Source: an uncultured Pseudomonadales bacterium (GTDB lineage: Bacteria > Pseudomonadota > Gammaproteobacteria > Pseudomonadales > Balneatricaceae). Taken from it: DNA of 64,000 bases. Position numbers and translations under genes: made by a program. A model generated the notes under the pieces. It was not told the origin of the DNA, made no database searches, and saw only the letters and a program-made list of their open reading frames with translations. Where the stretch lies: the NCBI GenBank assembly GCA_938084925.1, contig CALKFY010000048.1:356-64355 (forward strand), read 5' to 3'. Positions 1-7,913 of the stretch are shown one piece after another (position 1 is the first letter of the stretch; every line of letters begins with the position of its first letter).

Positions 1-244
1 ATACAACGTTGCCATAGGAGTTGGTAATCACCGACATCATGATGAGGCCCGGCACAATAAACTGCATGTAATCAAAACCACCCATCTCGCCAATGCGGGT
101 ACCGATTAAGTTACCAAAGATAATAAAGTACAACACCATGGTAATAGATGGCGGTATTAGGGTTTGCACCCAAATACGCATAAAACGTTGGATTTCTTTG
201 CGAACAATGGTCAACCAGGCAATATAAATTTCGTAGGCATTCAT
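1..244 (-). CDS. yadH: ABC-2 transporter permease (YadH family), runs off the window start
   Basis: ATG at 244; manual translation MNAYEIYIAWLTIVRKEIQRFMRIWVQTLIPPSITMVLYFIIFGNLIG...GGFDYMQFIVPGLIMMSVITNSY; directly downstream of yadG. Confidence 0.9.
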   Translation of the reverse strand, partial: MNAYEIYIAWLTIVRKEIQRFMRIWVQTLIPPSITMVLYFIIFGNLIGTRIGEMGGFDYMQFIVPGLIMMSVITNSYGNVV

Positions 245-248
245 GGCT

Positions 249-1184
249 TTATACTCCCTTAAGCTCGGCTTTGTTCTTTTGCACTAAATTCACAAACAGC
301 TCTTCTAGGCGGTTGGTCTTGTTACGCATACTGGTCACATGCACGTCCAAATTGGTCAAGGCTGTGTATACCTCATTGAGGCTTTGCTCACGCGTGATGG
401 TCACCTGTAGCTGATGAGGATTAAGTAGCTCAGCAGTGTACCCTGCCTGTTCGGGCAACTCATGCACTTCTTCTGCCAGGTCGAGTATAAAAGTTTCTGT
501 ATTTAGCTGACGCAGCAAGGACTTCATTGACGTGTTAGCTACTATGTCACCTTGGTCAATAATGGCAATATTGCGGCACAGACTTTCGGCTTCTTCTAGA
601 TAGTGGGTAGTCAAAATAATCGTCGTACCTGCGGCGTTTATTTGCTGTAAGAACTCCCACATGGAACGGCGCAACTCGATATCAACACCTGCCGTAGGCT
701 CATCCAAAATCAGCAACTTAGGCTGGTGAATGAGCGCGCGTGCAATCATCAAGCGGCGTTTCATGCCACCAGACAAGGTGCGTGCTGCTTGATGACGCTT
801 ATCCCATAAGCCCAGTTGCTTAAGTAGTTCCTCGCAACGCGACTTAGCTTCAACACGAGTAATGCCATAGTAGCCGGCCTGCTGGATAATAATATCCTGC
901 ACCTGTTCAAACATATTAAAGTTAAATTCTTGCGGAACAATGCCCATCATGCGCTTAGCCGCGTTTAAGTCACCATCAAGGTCATGACCAAATATATGCA
1001 CCTTACCTTGGCTTTTGTTTACCAAGGAAGAAACCACACCCAAGGTGGTGGACTTACCGGCGCCATTGGGGCCTAGCAAAGCAAAAAAATCACCCTGCTC
1101 TACTTTCATCGATATTCCCTTCAACGCCGTAAAACCATTGCTATAGGTCTTGTGCAGTTGATCTATTTCTAGGGCATAACTCAT
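249..1184 (-). CDS. yadG: ABC transporter ATP-binding protein (YadG family)
   Basis: Walker A GPNGAGKST, signature LSGGMKRR, Walker B LLILDEPT, C-terminal NRLEELF. Confidence 0.92.
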   Translation of the reverse strand: MSYALEIDQLHKTYSNGFTALKGISMKVEQGDFFALLGPNGAGKSTTLGVVSSLVNKSQGKVHIFGHDLDGDLNAAKRMMGIVPQEFNFNMFEQVQDIIIQQAGYYGITRVEAKSRCEELLKQLGLWDKRHQAARTLSGGMKRRLMIARALIHQPKLLILDEPTAGVDIELRRSMWEFLQQINAAGTTIILTTHYLEEAESLCRNIAIIDQGDIVANTSMKSLLRQLNTETFILDLAEEVHELPEQAGYTAELLNPHQLQVTITREQSLNEVYTALTNLDVHVTSMRNKTNRLEELFVNLVQKNKAELKGV

Positions 1185-1236
1185 ACGTTTGTTCTCTATG
1201 TCTGTGCCACCACTACGGGGCCTTTGATGCAGTTTT

Positions 1237-1265
1237 ATATGGGGGTGAGCCGGTTAAAATTAAAG
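1237..1265 (-). promoter_or_regulatory. Candidate sigma-32 (RpoH) promoter for yadGH
   Basis: Minus strand CTTTAAT-N14-CCCCATAT versus consensus CTTGAAA-N13/14-CCCCATNT. Confidence 0.4.
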
Positions 1266-1305
1266 CCCTCAAAAGCATATAATTTGTGTCAATCTGCATG
1301 CATAA

Positions 1306-1326
1306 TGGCACCAATTGCAAGTGCCA
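1306..1326. promoter_or_regulatory. Palindrome TGGCAC-N9-GTGCCA, possible operator between divergent yadG and xdhC
   Basis: tggcaccaattgcaagtgcca read directly from sequence. Confidence 0.25.
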
Positions 1327-1376
1327 AAACAAGCCTGAGAACTTACACTAGCCCCACAACCATAGAGATTCACATC

Positions 1377-2339
1377 ATGTTTCAGCAACTTCAACAACAG
1401 CTCCAAGATGCCCAAAGCCAACAGCAGGCTTTGGTGCAGGTGCGCGTGCTTAACACGGAAGGCTCTACCTACCGTAAAAGTGGCGCCCGCATGCTGATTG
1501 ATGAACAAGGCCATCGCTTTGACCTAGTCAGTGGCGGCTGTTTAGAAACCCACCTTTCACGCCATGCTATGCAGGTATTTAATCATGGCAACCCCATGAC
1601 CATGGAGTTTGATTTTAGCGACCCCGACGCACCGGATTGGCAAATTAGCGTGGGCTGTCGTGGCAAGGTGGTGCTGTTGCTTGAGAGACTAGACCCTGAA
1701 AATGAATACGGTAGCTTGGCTTTGTATTTACAGGGTCGACAGCGCACACAAGCTTCATGGCTAGTGACTGATTTGCAAACTGGGGTATCTGAATTACGAG
1801 AGGAACAGCCAACACAACAAGATCAGCAAGTCATCGAGGCCATTGATCCCGCGCCACGATTGTTATTGATCGGCACTGGCCCAGACACAGACGCCATTAT
1901 CAATTTGGCCCGTAGCTTGGACTTCCAAGTGCAGGTGATTGGCTGCCAAAGCCAGTCATTACAACGCTTCCAACATCGCTTTCCACAATTAGTTCAGCGT
2001 ATTGAAGCCGACGAGCTAGATGCGTATTTAGACAATACACCGGTCGACTACGCCATTGTCATGACTCACAACCAAAGCTTGGATGCGGATTATTTAAGCC
2101 AAACTAGTTTACGACATTTACCTCTGGTTGGCCTATTAGGACCTGCGGAGCGCAAGCAGCGTGTACTTGATGAGATGAGTGCTCCAGCACCAGTACACCT
2201 AGCGGCTCCTATTGGTTTAGATCTAGGTGGCCATGGCGCCCAAGCCGTAGCCTTATCAGTCATGGCACAAGTTCAAGCATTGCATAACCATATGCAGGCC
2301 ATGCCTCTACGTGACAAAGACGGTGGCATTCATGACTAA
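1377..2339 (+). CDS. xdhC: XdhC/CoxI family molybdenum cofactor insertion chaperone
   Basis: GSTYRKSGARM, VSGGCLE, GCRG, VMTHN, GLLGP, APIGLDLGG motifs; ATG at 1377 preferred over the TTG at 1224. Confidence 0.88.
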   Translation: MFQQLQQQLQDAQSQQQALVQVRVLNTEGSTYRKSGARMLIDEQGHRFDLVSGGCLETHLSRHAMQVFNHGNPMTMEFDFSDPDAPDWQISVGCRGKVVLLLERLDPENEYGSLALYLQGRQRTQASWLVTDLQTGVSELREEQPTQQDQQVIEAIDPAPRLLLIGTGPDTDAIINLARSLDFQVQVIGCQSQSLQRFQHRFPQLVQRIEADELDAYLDNTPVDYAIVMTHNQSLDADYLSQTSLRHLPLVGLLGPAERKQRVLDEMSAPAPVHLAAPIGLDLGGHGAQAVALSVMAQVQALHNHMQAMPLRDKDGGIHD

Positions 2340-2946
2340 TCCCGACTTTATCTGGGTCATTTTGGCTGCCGGTGGCTCTACTCGCTTAGGTGAACCCAAG
2401 CAGCTACTAAGCCTAGGTGGTGAAACACTTATTCAACACCAAATACGTACCCTACAAGCTACCGGGCTACCTGTGTGCGTGGTTACTGGCGCAGTGGATG
2501 TAGGTCGAACTTTACGCAATGTCGAGTTGAAACCCGACCTACACACCATTCACAACCCAGATTGGGAAAAAGGCATGGGTAGCAGCGTCAAACTAGCGCA
2601 GCAGCATTATGCCAACAGCCATATCGGCTGGGTGCTGGTTGATCAGTACGCTATTACCACCGCCCAAGCACTGGATTTCTATCACACTTGGCTACAAGCC
2701 CCCTGCCTAGCTCTGGTGAGTCGCTACAATGACCAGAACAACGCCTGGGGGGTACCCGTGATAACTCACAAAGACCTTATGGCCAAGGCCCAACTTCCCG
2801 AAAGAGGATTAAAGCCTTGGCTGCTAGCCAATCATCATCAGATTGAGCTGCAATATTATTACTGGCCAGACGCACTGGCGGATTTAGATACTCCTGCCCA
2901 GTGGCAGCAAGTACAACATCAGGAGAAATGGCATGATCATCCTTAA
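2332..2946 (+). CDS. mocA: Molybdenum cofactor cytidylyltransferase (MocA-like nucleotidyltransferase)
   Basis: ILAAGGSTRLGEPKQLL, NPDWEKGMGSS, DLDTP motifs; overlaps xdhC stop; sits in a molybdoenzyme operon. Confidence 0.82.
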   Translation: MTNPDFIWVILAAGGSTRLGEPKQLLSLGGETLIQHQIRTLQATGLPVCVVTGAVDVGRTLRNVELKPDLHTIHNPDWEKGMGSSVKLAQQHYANSHIGWVLVDQYAITTAQALDFYHTWLQAPCLALVSRYNDQNNAWGVPVITHKDLMAKAQLPERGLKPWLLANHHQIELQYYYWPDALADLDTPAQWQQVQHQEKWHDHP

Positions 2947-3403
2947 TATTAACGGCCAAAATGTGGCTGTGGATGTCGATAACGACACACCGCTGCTATG
3001 GGCTATTCGTGAAGAAGCGCAGCTAACAGGCACCAAATTTGGTTGTGGTATTGGCCAATGTGGCGCTTGCACTGTATTAGTGAATGGTAACCCCATGCGT
3101 TCGTGCAGCGTTCCCGCTTCTGCCTTACAGGGTATGAATATCGAAACCATCGAATCTCTGGCAGCCGACGGCAGCCTTAATGCCGTACAACAAGCTTGGT
3201 TAGAGTTGGATGTACCCCAGTGCGGTTACTGCCAATCTGGCCAAATTATGGCCGCTACGGCCTTGGTACGCCAAGCCAAGACATCTGGCAAACCTAGCCA
3301 AGAGTCCTTAGAACAGCAGCTCAATAACATTTGTCGCTGTGGTACCTACAACCGTATTCGCCCGGCTCTAGATCGCGCCTTTGATCTAGCTTACCAAGCT
3401 TAA
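2933..3403 (+). CDS. iorA: (2Fe-2S)-binding small subunit, isoquinoline 1-oxidoreductase alpha type
   Basis: GTKFGCGIGQCGACTV, QCGYCQSGQIM, NICRCGTY. Confidence 0.9.
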   Translation: MIILNINGQNVAVDVDNDTPLLWAIREEAQLTGTKFGCGIGQCGACTVLVNGNPMRSCSVPASALQGMNIETIESLAADGSLNAVQQAWLELDVPQCGYCQSGQIMAATALVRQAKTSGKPSQESLEQQLNNICRCGTYNRIRPALDRAFDLAYQA

Positions 3404-3415
3404 AGCAGGAGACTT

Positions 3416-5578
3416 ATGATGCAATTACACAATCTATCCCGTCGTCGTTTCCTACAAGGTACCGCTGCTGTAGGTGCCTCGGGCCTATTAATTGGTTGCT
3501 CTAGCGGCCCTGAGCTCGCTTTACCAACACCACGCCAAGAACCTGTGGGCGAAATGCATGAATGGCTGTTTATTGGCATCGACAACAAGATCATCATGAC
3601 CAACCCACAAACAGAAATGGGCCAAGGTGTGAACACTTCTCTGCCTCAGATTCTGGCAGAAGAATTGGATGCCGACTGGAATACCTTGGAAGTACGCCAA
3701 GCGCCATTAAACAGCAAGTTTAACAATAGCATGATGATGCAGATGACCGGTGGTTCTACCGCGGTAAAAGACTATTACCATAGTCTACGTGCCGTTGGTG
3801 CTGGCGCACGACAAATGATTCTTAAAGCTGCCGCTGCTGAACTAGGGACTAGTGTAACAAGCTTAAAGACTGAAAATGCCCATGTAATCTACCAAGGCAA
3901 GGCATATCCTTACGGGCAATTTGCCAACTCAGCTGCTAACTTACCAGCTCCTGACGCAGACGATCTAGTATTAAAATCAGACAGCCAGTTCAAACTTATT
4001 GGCAAGCCTGTTACCCACCGAGATACGCATGCTCGCATTACCGGTCAAGCCAACTATGGCATCGATGTGCAAGTACCCAACATGCTCAATGCTGCTATCG
4101 TGCACGCACCCATTTTTGGTAGTAAGCCACTTAAATGGGACGAGCAAGCCGCCCTTGCGGTAAAAGGTGTAAAAAAGGTCATTGCTATTGATCACGCTCT
4201 AATCGTGGTCGCTGATAAATATTGGCAGGCCAAAAAGGCAGCGGCAGTACTCAAGGCCAGCTTCAGTGCTTACAACGCAGCCATGCCCGGCATATCTACC
4301 GCAGACATTAACCAAGCATACTCTGATGCCTTAGATGAAGAAGGCCAAGCTGAAGTTAAGGCGCCACATGTTATCAATGTAGAATACAGCGTGCCTTTCT
4401 TGGCTCATACCACTATGGAACCGATGAATGCCACCGCGTGGGTACAGGCCGATCGCGTAGACTTGTGGATTCCTTCACAAAGCCAAACCGTCTCTGCCGC
4501 CTTCACCAAAGCCATTACTGGCATGGATGATGAACAAATCCATATCCACAATACCTTAATGGGTGGTGGCTTTGGCCGTCGCGGTGAGGGGGACTTTGTA
4601 GCCGAAGCCGTCTTGGCATCAATGGCTATGGGTCAGCCTGTAAAGATTACTTGGAGCCGCGAAGAGGATGTGCAGCACGACATGTACCGCCCTATGGTAA
4701 TGAGCCGCTTCCAGGTTGGCTTGGATGCTAATTTCAAGCCTATTGAATGGCACAATCAGTTTGTTAGCTCATCGGTAATGCGCCGTGTTATGCCGGTATT
4801 GTTACCTGATTTCTTAGATTGGCTAGCGCCACCTCTCACCAACATAATTGGTGACATGATAATTGGCGAAGGTGCTAATCACATTGCCTATCTACCTGAA
4901 GGTGAGAAACCTAATGCGACACAATTATTGGTTGATACCAATGTGCCCGTTGGGGCTTGGCGCTCCGTAGGCCATTCATCCAACTGTTTCTTTACGGAAA
5001 GCATCATTGATGAAGCTGCTCACCTAGCCCAGCAAGATCCCTATCAATATCGTACAGGTCTGATGACACATACACCTCGCGAGCAGGCCGTCTTGGATCT
5101 AGTAGCTAAACAAGCCAACTGGGGCAAGGCACCCACAGGCCACTTTCAAGGTATCGCCGTCGAATTTGCCTTTATGAGCTACACCGCCATGGTGGTAGAA
5201 ATGAGCATCGAAAACAACGCTATCAAGGTACACAAGGTAACTTGTGCTGTGGATTGCGGCAAGGTCGTTAACCCTAACGGTGCCATTGCCCAGATTGAAG
5301 GTGGTATTAACTTTGCCCTATCGGCAACCATGCAAGGTGAAATCAGCATCGATGATGGCCGTGTCCAGCAGAGTAACTTCCATGACTACCCACTGCTGCG
5401 TCTCGCGCAAAGCCCTGTCATTGATGTACATCTAATGCCTTCCAAGGAAGCCCCTACAGGCCTTGGTGAAGTTGGTGTGCCGCCGCTGGCCCCTGCCCTA
5501 TGCAATGCTTTAGTGGCTGCGGGCGAGCAACGTGTGCGCAGCTTGCCACTTAGTAAGCATGGTTATCGCTTGGCATAA
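3416..5578 (+). CDS. iorB: Xanthine dehydrogenase family molybdopterin subunit, IorB type, with Tat signal
   Basis: SRRRFLQ Tat motif, EMGQG, AEELD, TGGS, GGGFGRRG, WRSVG, SNFHDY, GLGEVGVPP. Confidence 0.88.
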   Translation: MMQLHNLSRRRFLQGTAAVGASGLLIGCSSGPELALPTPRQEPVGEMHEWLFIGIDNKIIMTNPQTEMGQGVNTSLPQILAEELDADWNTLEVRQAPLNSKFNNSMMMQMTGGSTAVKDYYHSLRAVGAGARQMILKAAAAELGTSVTSLKTENAHVIYQGKAYPYGQFANSAANLPAPDADDLVLKSDSQFKLIGKPVTHRDTHARITGQANYGIDVQVPNMLNAAIVHAPIFGSKPLKWDEQAALAVKGVKKVIAIDHALIVVADKYWQAKKAAAVLKASFSAYNAAMPGISTADINQAYSDALDEEGQAEVKAPHVINVEYSVPFLAHTTMEPMNATAWVQADRVDLWIPSQSQTVSAAFTKAITGMDDEQIHIHNTLMGGGFGRRGEGDFVAEAVLASMAMGQPVKITWSREEDVQHDMYRPMVMSRFQVGLDANFKPIEWHNQFVSSSVMRRVMPVLLPDFLDWLAPPLTNIIGDMIIGEGANHIAYLPEGEKPNATQLLVDTNVPVGAWRSVGHSSNCFFTESIIDEAAHLAQQDPYQYRTGLMTHTPREQAVLDLVAKQANWGKAPTGHFQGIAVEFAFMSYTAMVVEMSIENNAIKVHKVTCAVDCGKVVNPNGAIAQIEGGINFALSATMQGEISIDDGRVQQSNFHDYPLLRLAQSPVIDVHLMPSKEAPTGLGEVGVPPLAPALCNALVAAGEQRVRSLPLSKHGYRLA

Positions 5579-5585
5579 GTGTGCC

Positions 5586-5752
5586 GGGGACTGGCTTTAA
5601 TTAATGGGGACGGCACTTTTTATACGCTGGGTATATACGCTGGTATACGCTGGGGACAGGCACTTTTTATACGTTGCGCGGATAAATAAGAGCCAGTCCC
5701 CAACTTCCCTCTTGGGGACTGGCTTTTTTGCGCAGCAAAAGTGACTGTCCCC
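5586..5752. repeat. Cluster of GGGGAC(A/T)G-tagged inverted repeats with internal tandem duplications
   Basis: GGGGACTGGC 5586, GGGGACGGCAC 5606, GGGGACAGGCAC 5652, AGCCAGTCCCC 5691, GGGGACTGGC 5714, GTGACTGTCCCC 5741; TATACGCTGG at 5621, 5634, 5644. Confidence 0.8.
5691..5729 (+). terminator. Intrinsic terminator-like hairpin after iorB, built from repeat arms
   Basis: AGCCAGTCCCCAA-cttccctc-TTGGGGACTGGCT (13-bp stem) followed by a T run. Confidence 0.55.
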
Positions 5753-5844
5753 TGTTATATTATTGACACTCAGTAATTCTCAGCTTTACTTATAGTATCT
5801 TCAGCGATTAGTTCTATTATCGTTAACGTCTAGACAAATTTACT

Positions 5845-6213
5845 ATGAATATAGCTATGCACTCAGAACACAACATTGAAACAGCCATCAACATCGGTCT
5901 AAGTATTCGTCAAATCATCGCCGACTACAGCCAAGGCCTTATGAATAATCGCGAGTATCAGATACTCGAGTTTGTTGTGGTTGAACACCTAGGCGACCGT
6001 CGTGTGGTTATGGAGCAAGGCATGGGACTGCGGCATTTGGGTTCGCGCTATACCTTGCGCAAGTCCATTCAGACTCTGATAGATCAGGGTTTTGTCGCGA
6101 TTCAAGAAAGTGAGGATTCCCGCCTTCGCCCCTTAGTGCCTACGGAACATGCCCTTCACTTGTTTGCCAGCATAGGCGATCGCATCGGCACCCTGGTGGT
6201 GAGCTCTTCTTAA
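5845..6213 (+). CDS. Small winged helix-turn-helix (MarR-like) protein
   Basis: GSRYTLRKSIQTLIDQGFV-x5-EDSRLRPLVPT matches the recognition helix plus wing (D-x-R) pattern; TTGACA at 5763 upstream. Confidence 0.6.
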   Translation: MNIAMHSEHNIETAINIGLSIRQIIADYSQGLMNNREYQILEFVVVEHLGDRRVVMEQGMGLRHLGSRYTLRKSIQTLIDQGFVAIQESEDSRLRPLVPTEHALHLFASIGDRIGTLVVSSS

Positions 6214-6807
6214 TGTCATTAGGCGTCTCACTCGCCAAATGAGAAATACACCTAAGATAAGGCTCACTGCAACCCAAAGTAGAGCCCCACTAGCAGCGAC
6301 AACAAGATCAAGCACTACATTTAACTGCTGAGCAAAGGCAAAGCCCAAACCAACATAGATCAACACCCAGCACACCTCACCTAACACGGACCAAGTGCTA
6401 AAACGCAACCAAGCAAAATGGGTGCCACCGGCCATAAAGTTCACATAGGGGCCAAGGGGGCTAAATAGCCAACGGCTTAAAAAGATACCCTTGGCACCGT
6501 AGCGATAGGTTAGTTTACGGGCTTTACTCAATAATCTAGCTCGGCGACCAAAACCTACTCCTTTAGGCATCAAGTGATGTGCCCCAAAGCGACCAATAAG
6601 GTAACCTAACTGGTCCCCAACAACAGCACCCGCCAAGGCAGCACCAAGGGCACCAGCAAAGCTCCAATCACCAATTATGGCGTAAGCACCAGCAGTAACC
6701 ATAACTATGGAAGCAGGGATAGGGATTGCCAAGCAGCTAAGCATTGTCGTAAAAAATAATGCTGCCAGCCCGTACTCTGAAAGGAGTACTAGGAACGTAT
6801 CATTCAT
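6133..6807 (-). CDS. DedA family membrane protein
   Basis: IPIPAS, GAVVGDQLGYLIGR, IFLSRWLFSPLGPYVNFMAG. Confidence 0.88.
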   Translation of the reverse strand: MNDTFLVLLSEYGLAALFFTTMLSCLAIPIPASIVMVTAGAYAIIGDWSFAGALGAALAGAVVGDQLGYLIGRFGAHHLMPKGVGFGRRARLLSKARKLTYRYGAKGIFLSRWLFSPLGPYVNFMAGGTHFAWLRFSTWSVLGEVCWVLIYVGLGFAFAQQLNVVLDLVVAASGALLWVAVSLILGVFLIWRVRRLMTLRRAHHQGADAIAYAGKQVKGMFRRH

Positions 6808-7150
6808 GCACAGCCTTTTCGATAACTTCTAGCTCAGTTTGCATCTGTACGGCAAACTCGGCAAAAGGCAATTCCATATCATCAGCAATTTGGCCTAAGG
6901 TCATACCTTTATACTTTTCATTTTCACCTAGCAGGTTAATAACATCTTCGCGTTCTAAGTCCCAGCTATGTAGGACGTAACGCGGCGTCATCCAAGCTTG
7001 TAGATCCTGTTTTTGATGCTCTGGTTGGCTCCAGTAAATAGCCACTCCAACTGTTTTAATGACAAAACCGACAGACAACAACAAGGCACCAACAAAAGCC
7101 AAGCTAAGCCATGGGTGGTGTTTCCATGCTAAACGTAATGGTAGCTTCAT
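6800..7150 (-). CDS. Conserved hypothetical single-TM protein coupled to DedA
   Basis: N-terminal TM helix, then YWSQPEH, WMTPRYVLHSW, TLGQIA; overlaps both neighbours. Confidence 0.75.
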   Translation of the reverse strand: MKLPLRLAWKHHPWLSLAFVGALLLSVGFVIKTVGVAIYWSQPEHQKQDLQAWMTPRYVLHSWDLEREDVINLLGENEKYKGMTLGQIADDMELPFAEFAVQMQTELEVIEKAVHE

Positions 7151-7686
7151 CGTTGATCCTCTTTCAAAATTCCGTACACTGCGTGATCCAACACTTGCTC
7201 ACCTACTTTTTCTTGGCGCCTAATAACACCTTCAAGTTCCATGCCTAAGCGCTTAGCTACGCGACGACTTGGTTTGTTATCTACAGCGGCAGATAGCTGT
7301 ACCTTATACAACCCTAGTTCAGTAAAAGTGTAGGTAGTTAAAAACTCACACGCCCGGGTCACCACGCCATTACCTTGGTAGGCTTCACCTATCCAATAGC
7401 CCAGCTCCGTCACTCCTAATTGCCGGTCAATCCGATTAAAACCGCACACACCAACGATATCTCCCTGATACTCCATAGCACAGACCATGGCTTCGCCATT
7501 GGCATATTGAGTAAGAGTGTGTTTAATATAGGCTTGGTAGTGGCTTGGCGATTGGCTGTTTGGCACCCAAGGTAGCCAATGGGACAAGTATGCACGGTTT
7601 TCATTAACCAGGTCACACAAACGTTCGGCCATGGAGTCATGCAACAATAACAAACGAATCTCGTTGTCCAAGGTGTAGGCAAACAT
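7147..7686 (-). CDS. GNAT acetyltransferase, RimJ/RimL type
   Basis: WLPWV, ELGYWIGEAYQGNG, NKPSRRVAKRLG, EGVIR. Confidence 0.88.
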   Translation of the reverse strand: MFAYTLDNEIRLLLLHDSMAERLCDLVNENRAYLSHWLPWVPNSQSPSHYQAYIKHTLTQYANGEAMVCAMEYQGDIVGVCGFNRIDRQLGVTELGYWIGEAYQGNGVVTRACEFLTTYTFTELGLYKVQLSAAVDNKPSRRVAKRLGMELEGVIRRQEKVGEQVLDHAVYGILKEDQR

Positions 7687-7837
7687 AAGTAATCTCGGGC
7701 TACTAAATTGAGCATTGGCTGATGCTCAGCTTAGCATAGTTTTTTTAACAAAATATCAGTCTATATGGGTAGCAAAGGTAAAATTTGGCAAAGACTGCTT
7801 AAAAGCGCCCAAAGCTTGTAGATTCACGCCCTATGGA

Positions 7838-7866
7838 TTGACCCTAGGCAATTCTTGCTATACTTT
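7838..7866 (+). promoter_or_regulatory. Candidate sigma-70 promoter for the MFS gene
   Basis: TTGACC at 7838; extended -10 TGCTATACT at 7856-7864. Confidence 0.45.
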
Positions 7867-7913
7867 GCGCAGCAAATTAGCACCAAACCAATTAACTACT
7901 GGTAACAAAGCAA

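Noticed and set aside
1306-1320. TGGCAC...TTGCA as a sigma-54 promoter
   Set aside because: The GG and GC dinucleotides are 10 bp apart rather than the required 12
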